In this document: piece by piece, positions 61,818 to 64,000 of the stretch | Numbering within the stretch: the first letter of the stretch is position 1 | Layout of the letters: each line of letters begins with the position of its first letter | NCBI GenBank assembly: GCA_963695345.1 | Contig: OY968769.1 | Location: forward strand, 512,001-576,000 | Reading direction: 5' to 3' | Source of the DNA: an uncultured Methanomassiliicoccales archaeon | GTDB lineage: Archaea > Thermoplasmatota > Thermoplasmata > Methanomassiliicoccales > UBA472 | Length of the DNA stretch: 64,000 nucleotides | Notes under the pieces: model-generated | Seen by the model: the letters and a program-made list of their open reading frames with translations, nothing else | Database searches by the model: none | What the model was told of the DNA's origin: nothing | Program-made: the position numbers and the translations under genes

Positions 61818-62426
61818 TTATGGAATGTCGCACTTACTGCGCTGACCTATCATCTTCTTCTTTCGGAAATATGAGGCTATGAAAGAAAGCACGATCACGC
61901 CGATGACCATGACTAGGACCACGGTGGTGGCGGTTGCGCTGTCCCAATAGGCTATGAACAGCCCGCTGGCCAAAAGGATGAGCCCGTATTTCGCCGTCCC
62001 TCCGATGAGGACGTATAGCAGCGATTTCTTTAGGCTCCAGCGGCACATCGAGGCGAAGGCTCCCATGAACGGAAGCACTGGAGCGACCCGATTCACCAGG
62101 ATCATTCGTTCATCTGGATAAATGAGAAACGCTCGGAACTTGTCGACGCCTTTTTGGATCAGCTTCGGGACCTTGACCCTTTTTACGATGAAGTACAGGG
62201 TGTAGAATCCCAGGACCTCGGATACTGCGATCGTGATCAGAATGAGCACACCGAACCCGAAGGTCGATATCTGCGTCTGGTAGGCGAATATCCCCACCGT
62301 GAAGAGCTCCGGCACAGTAGGGAAAATGATGGCGTCGATGTAGAACAATAGGAATATGCAGATCAGACCGCCCAAGACATTGGCCGGGTCAAAGATGCTT
62401 ATGACTATGTCGGTGATACTTGCCAT
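61818..62426 (-). CDS. Membrane protein (DedA/VTT-like)
   Basis: IDAIIFPTVPEL, NRVAPVLP and several TMs. Confidence 0.65.
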   Translation of the reverse strand: MASITDIVISIFDPANVLGGLICIFLLFYIDAIIFPTVPELFTVGIFAYQTQISTFGFGVLILITIAVSEVLGFYTLYFIVKRVKVPKLIQKGVDKFRAFLIYPDERMILVNRVAPVLPFMGAFASMCRWSLKKSLLYVLIGGTAKYGLILLASGLFIAYWDSATATTVVLVMVIGVIVLSFIASYFRKKKMIGQRSKCDIP

Positions 62427-62530
62427 TCCGATAAGGGGATATCACTAATTGCTACATGAGCCTAGCTACGTCCCGAACGCTCAGTTGCCTGTTTTCCGAT
62501 GACTCATTAGCTAAGGTCGACCTGTCAGGT

Positions 62531-63245
62531 TCATTTGGAACCGTATCTGCCCCTTTTCAACAGAGCCTCGGAGAGTATCATGAGATGGTCCGCGGCCATT
62601 ACCGGCAGGTCCTTCAATGGGAATAGGGCCGCCTCGGCGGCGTCATCACCGCCCTTCAATTTTCCGCCGATGGGCCTCAGATTGTACGCCAGGGTGATGA
62701 AGTGCCCCCGGGGGTCCCGGTCCGCGGCCGAGTAGACACCGACCAGGTCCAAGACTTCGGTCTTCAGCCCGGTCTCCTCCTCCATCTCCCGGACGACGCA
62801 CTCCTCCACCGTCTCACCATATTCCACGATGCCTCCAGGGAGGGCGAACATGCCTTGGAAAGGCTCCCTGCCCCTTTTGATGAGCACGACCTGATCCTCG
62901 ATCACGATGATCCCGTCGGTGGTCACCCAGGGCTTTTTCCAAAGGTTCTGCACCTGGGAAATGGCCATGCGTGACCGGGTCTCGAAACTCCTCAAGCAAG
63001 AGGTTGCCGGCCTCGGTCAGACGGACCTTCCCGTCAGGGGTGTGCTGGATAATGATGGTTCCAACGGCGTTCTCCATCGTCTGCAGCCAGACCTTCGCCT
63101 CACCCAGTGAGATGCCGACCAGCTCGATAGAAGCGTCCAGCGACCCGCTCTTCCCTATCTTCTCCAGGAGCGAGGCGCGCCGGGCGTCGATGACAACAAC
63201 CCCGTCCTTCTTCAGATTTATTTCACAATCGGTCTCTAACGCCAT
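62531..63245 (-). CDS. ModE-like wHTH fused to a Nudix hydrolase (one frameshift near 62985)
   Basis: LLEKIGKSGSL...G.VRLTEAG..LLEEF joins ETRSR...P.VTTDGII..LIKRG..ALPGGIVEYGETVEECVVREMEEETG..RDPRGH. Confidence 0.75.
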
Positions 63246-63310
63246 ATGGATGCACCTCCCGGACTGTATTGAGAGATAGATTAATACCACCCTTTGCTTT
63301 AGGAATCTTT

Positions 63311-64000
63311 GTGTTGAACTTACGAAAGAGGATACCCACCATAATGGACGCCGATGAGATCCTCGACAAGGCGTTCCGCAGGGCGGTCAAGATCGACGCG
63401 GAGGGAGATTCCAAGTTCGACATGATCCGTCGCAAGTCCGGGGCCCGTATCATGGCCACCGCGGATATAATTTCTACCCTTCTGATAAAGTACAACCGAG
63501 CCTTCCCGTCGCTCAACGACCGGAACGAGTTCGTTGCCGAACTGGTCAACGTCCTGATCGGGGTCGACGAGCTGAAGAAGGCCTTGTCAAAACTGGAATG
63601 GGCCGCCCAAAAGATCAGCGAACTGCAGAGAGAGTACAGCGGAAGGGTCTACCGGGCAGGCGACCTCAACGAGATGGACAACGAGCGGAAGCAGTATTAC
63701 GGCCGCATCTCATCCGTCATGCAGAGGATCGACAAGGACCTGAAATTCCTGCAGATGGCCCGCGAGGAGCTGCGGAAGGTCCCTGACTTCGACAACTCCA
63801 TGCCCGCGGTCGTCATCGCCGGTTTCCCGAACGTCGGCAAGAGCCAGCTGGTGGATAAGATCAGCACGGCCAAGCCGCAGATCGCCGCCTACCCGTTCAC
63901 CACCCAGGGCATCGGCGTGGGTCATTTCGAAAAGGGATGGAGGAAGTTCCAGATCATCGATACACCGGGATTGCTGGACCGCCCCCTGGAGGACCGCAAC
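63311..64000 (+). CDS. NOG1-family GTPase (5' part; runs off the window)
   Basis: IPTIMDADEILDKAFRRA, IAGFPNVGKS, AAYPFTT, IIDTPGLLDRP. Confidence 0.9.
   Translation, partial: MLNLRKRIPTIMDADEILDKAFRRAVKIDAEGDSKFDMIRRKSGARIMATADIISTLLIKYNRAFPSLNDRNEFVAELVNVLIGVDELKKALSKLEWAAQKISELQREYSGRVYRAGDLNEMDNERKQYYGRISSVMQRIDKDLKFLQMAREELRKVPDFDNSMPAVVIAGFPNVGKSQLVDKISTAKPQIAAYPFTTQGIGVGHFEKGWRKFQIIDTPGLLDRPLEDRN

Noticed and set aside
1-64000. CRISPR arrays, IS elements, integrases, rRNA, and long antisense ORFs over GC-rich genes
   Set aside because: No repeat-spacer arrays, transposases or rRNA seen; antisense ORFs are the usual shadow of GC3-rich codon usage.

Overview
Archaeal genomic DNA, most likely a Methanomassiliicoccales-type methanogen (Thermoplasmatota). 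Supporting genes include methanogenesis marker 4, tetraether synthase, archaellin, Rpl10e, Dph2, Rpp21, archaeal ThrRS and two tRNAs. The window holds: an AT-richer accessory stretch next to tRNA-Arg (alkylation repair alkD/ogt/adaA, plus a wHTH regulator, a membrane protein and three exported proteins); divergent argCJBD and argGH operons with an adjacent HTH-ACT regulator; thiD; three GT4 glycosyltransferases; thrS; an orphan archaellin; leuACDB; queDCE; serS; a 1,411-aa pilin-like lamin-tail protein; a trmB / tes-ferredoxin-GGR / mvk lipid cluster; a TetR-flavodoxin operon; and a wHTH-Nudix fusion. Many single-base frameshifts (about 13.3-17.9 kb, 29.1-29.8 kb and 32.9-40.0 kb, including essential thrS) look like sequencing errors. 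The most interesting signals are non-coding and were read directly from the sequence: (1) a symmetric 30-42-30 bp array of four TGTCY-N6-RGACA boxes between argC and argG, with a perfect copy in front of the HTH-ACT gene (candidate archaeal arginine regulon); (2) a 14-aa Leu/Ile-containing leader peptide before leuA (candidate attenuation); (3) tandem GTTCGA-N3-TYGNAC-CA boxes in front of three exported-protein genes around a wHTH regulator; (4) a perfect palindrome between trmB and the tetraether lipid operon. All functional assignments come from motif recognition by eye; no database searches were run.
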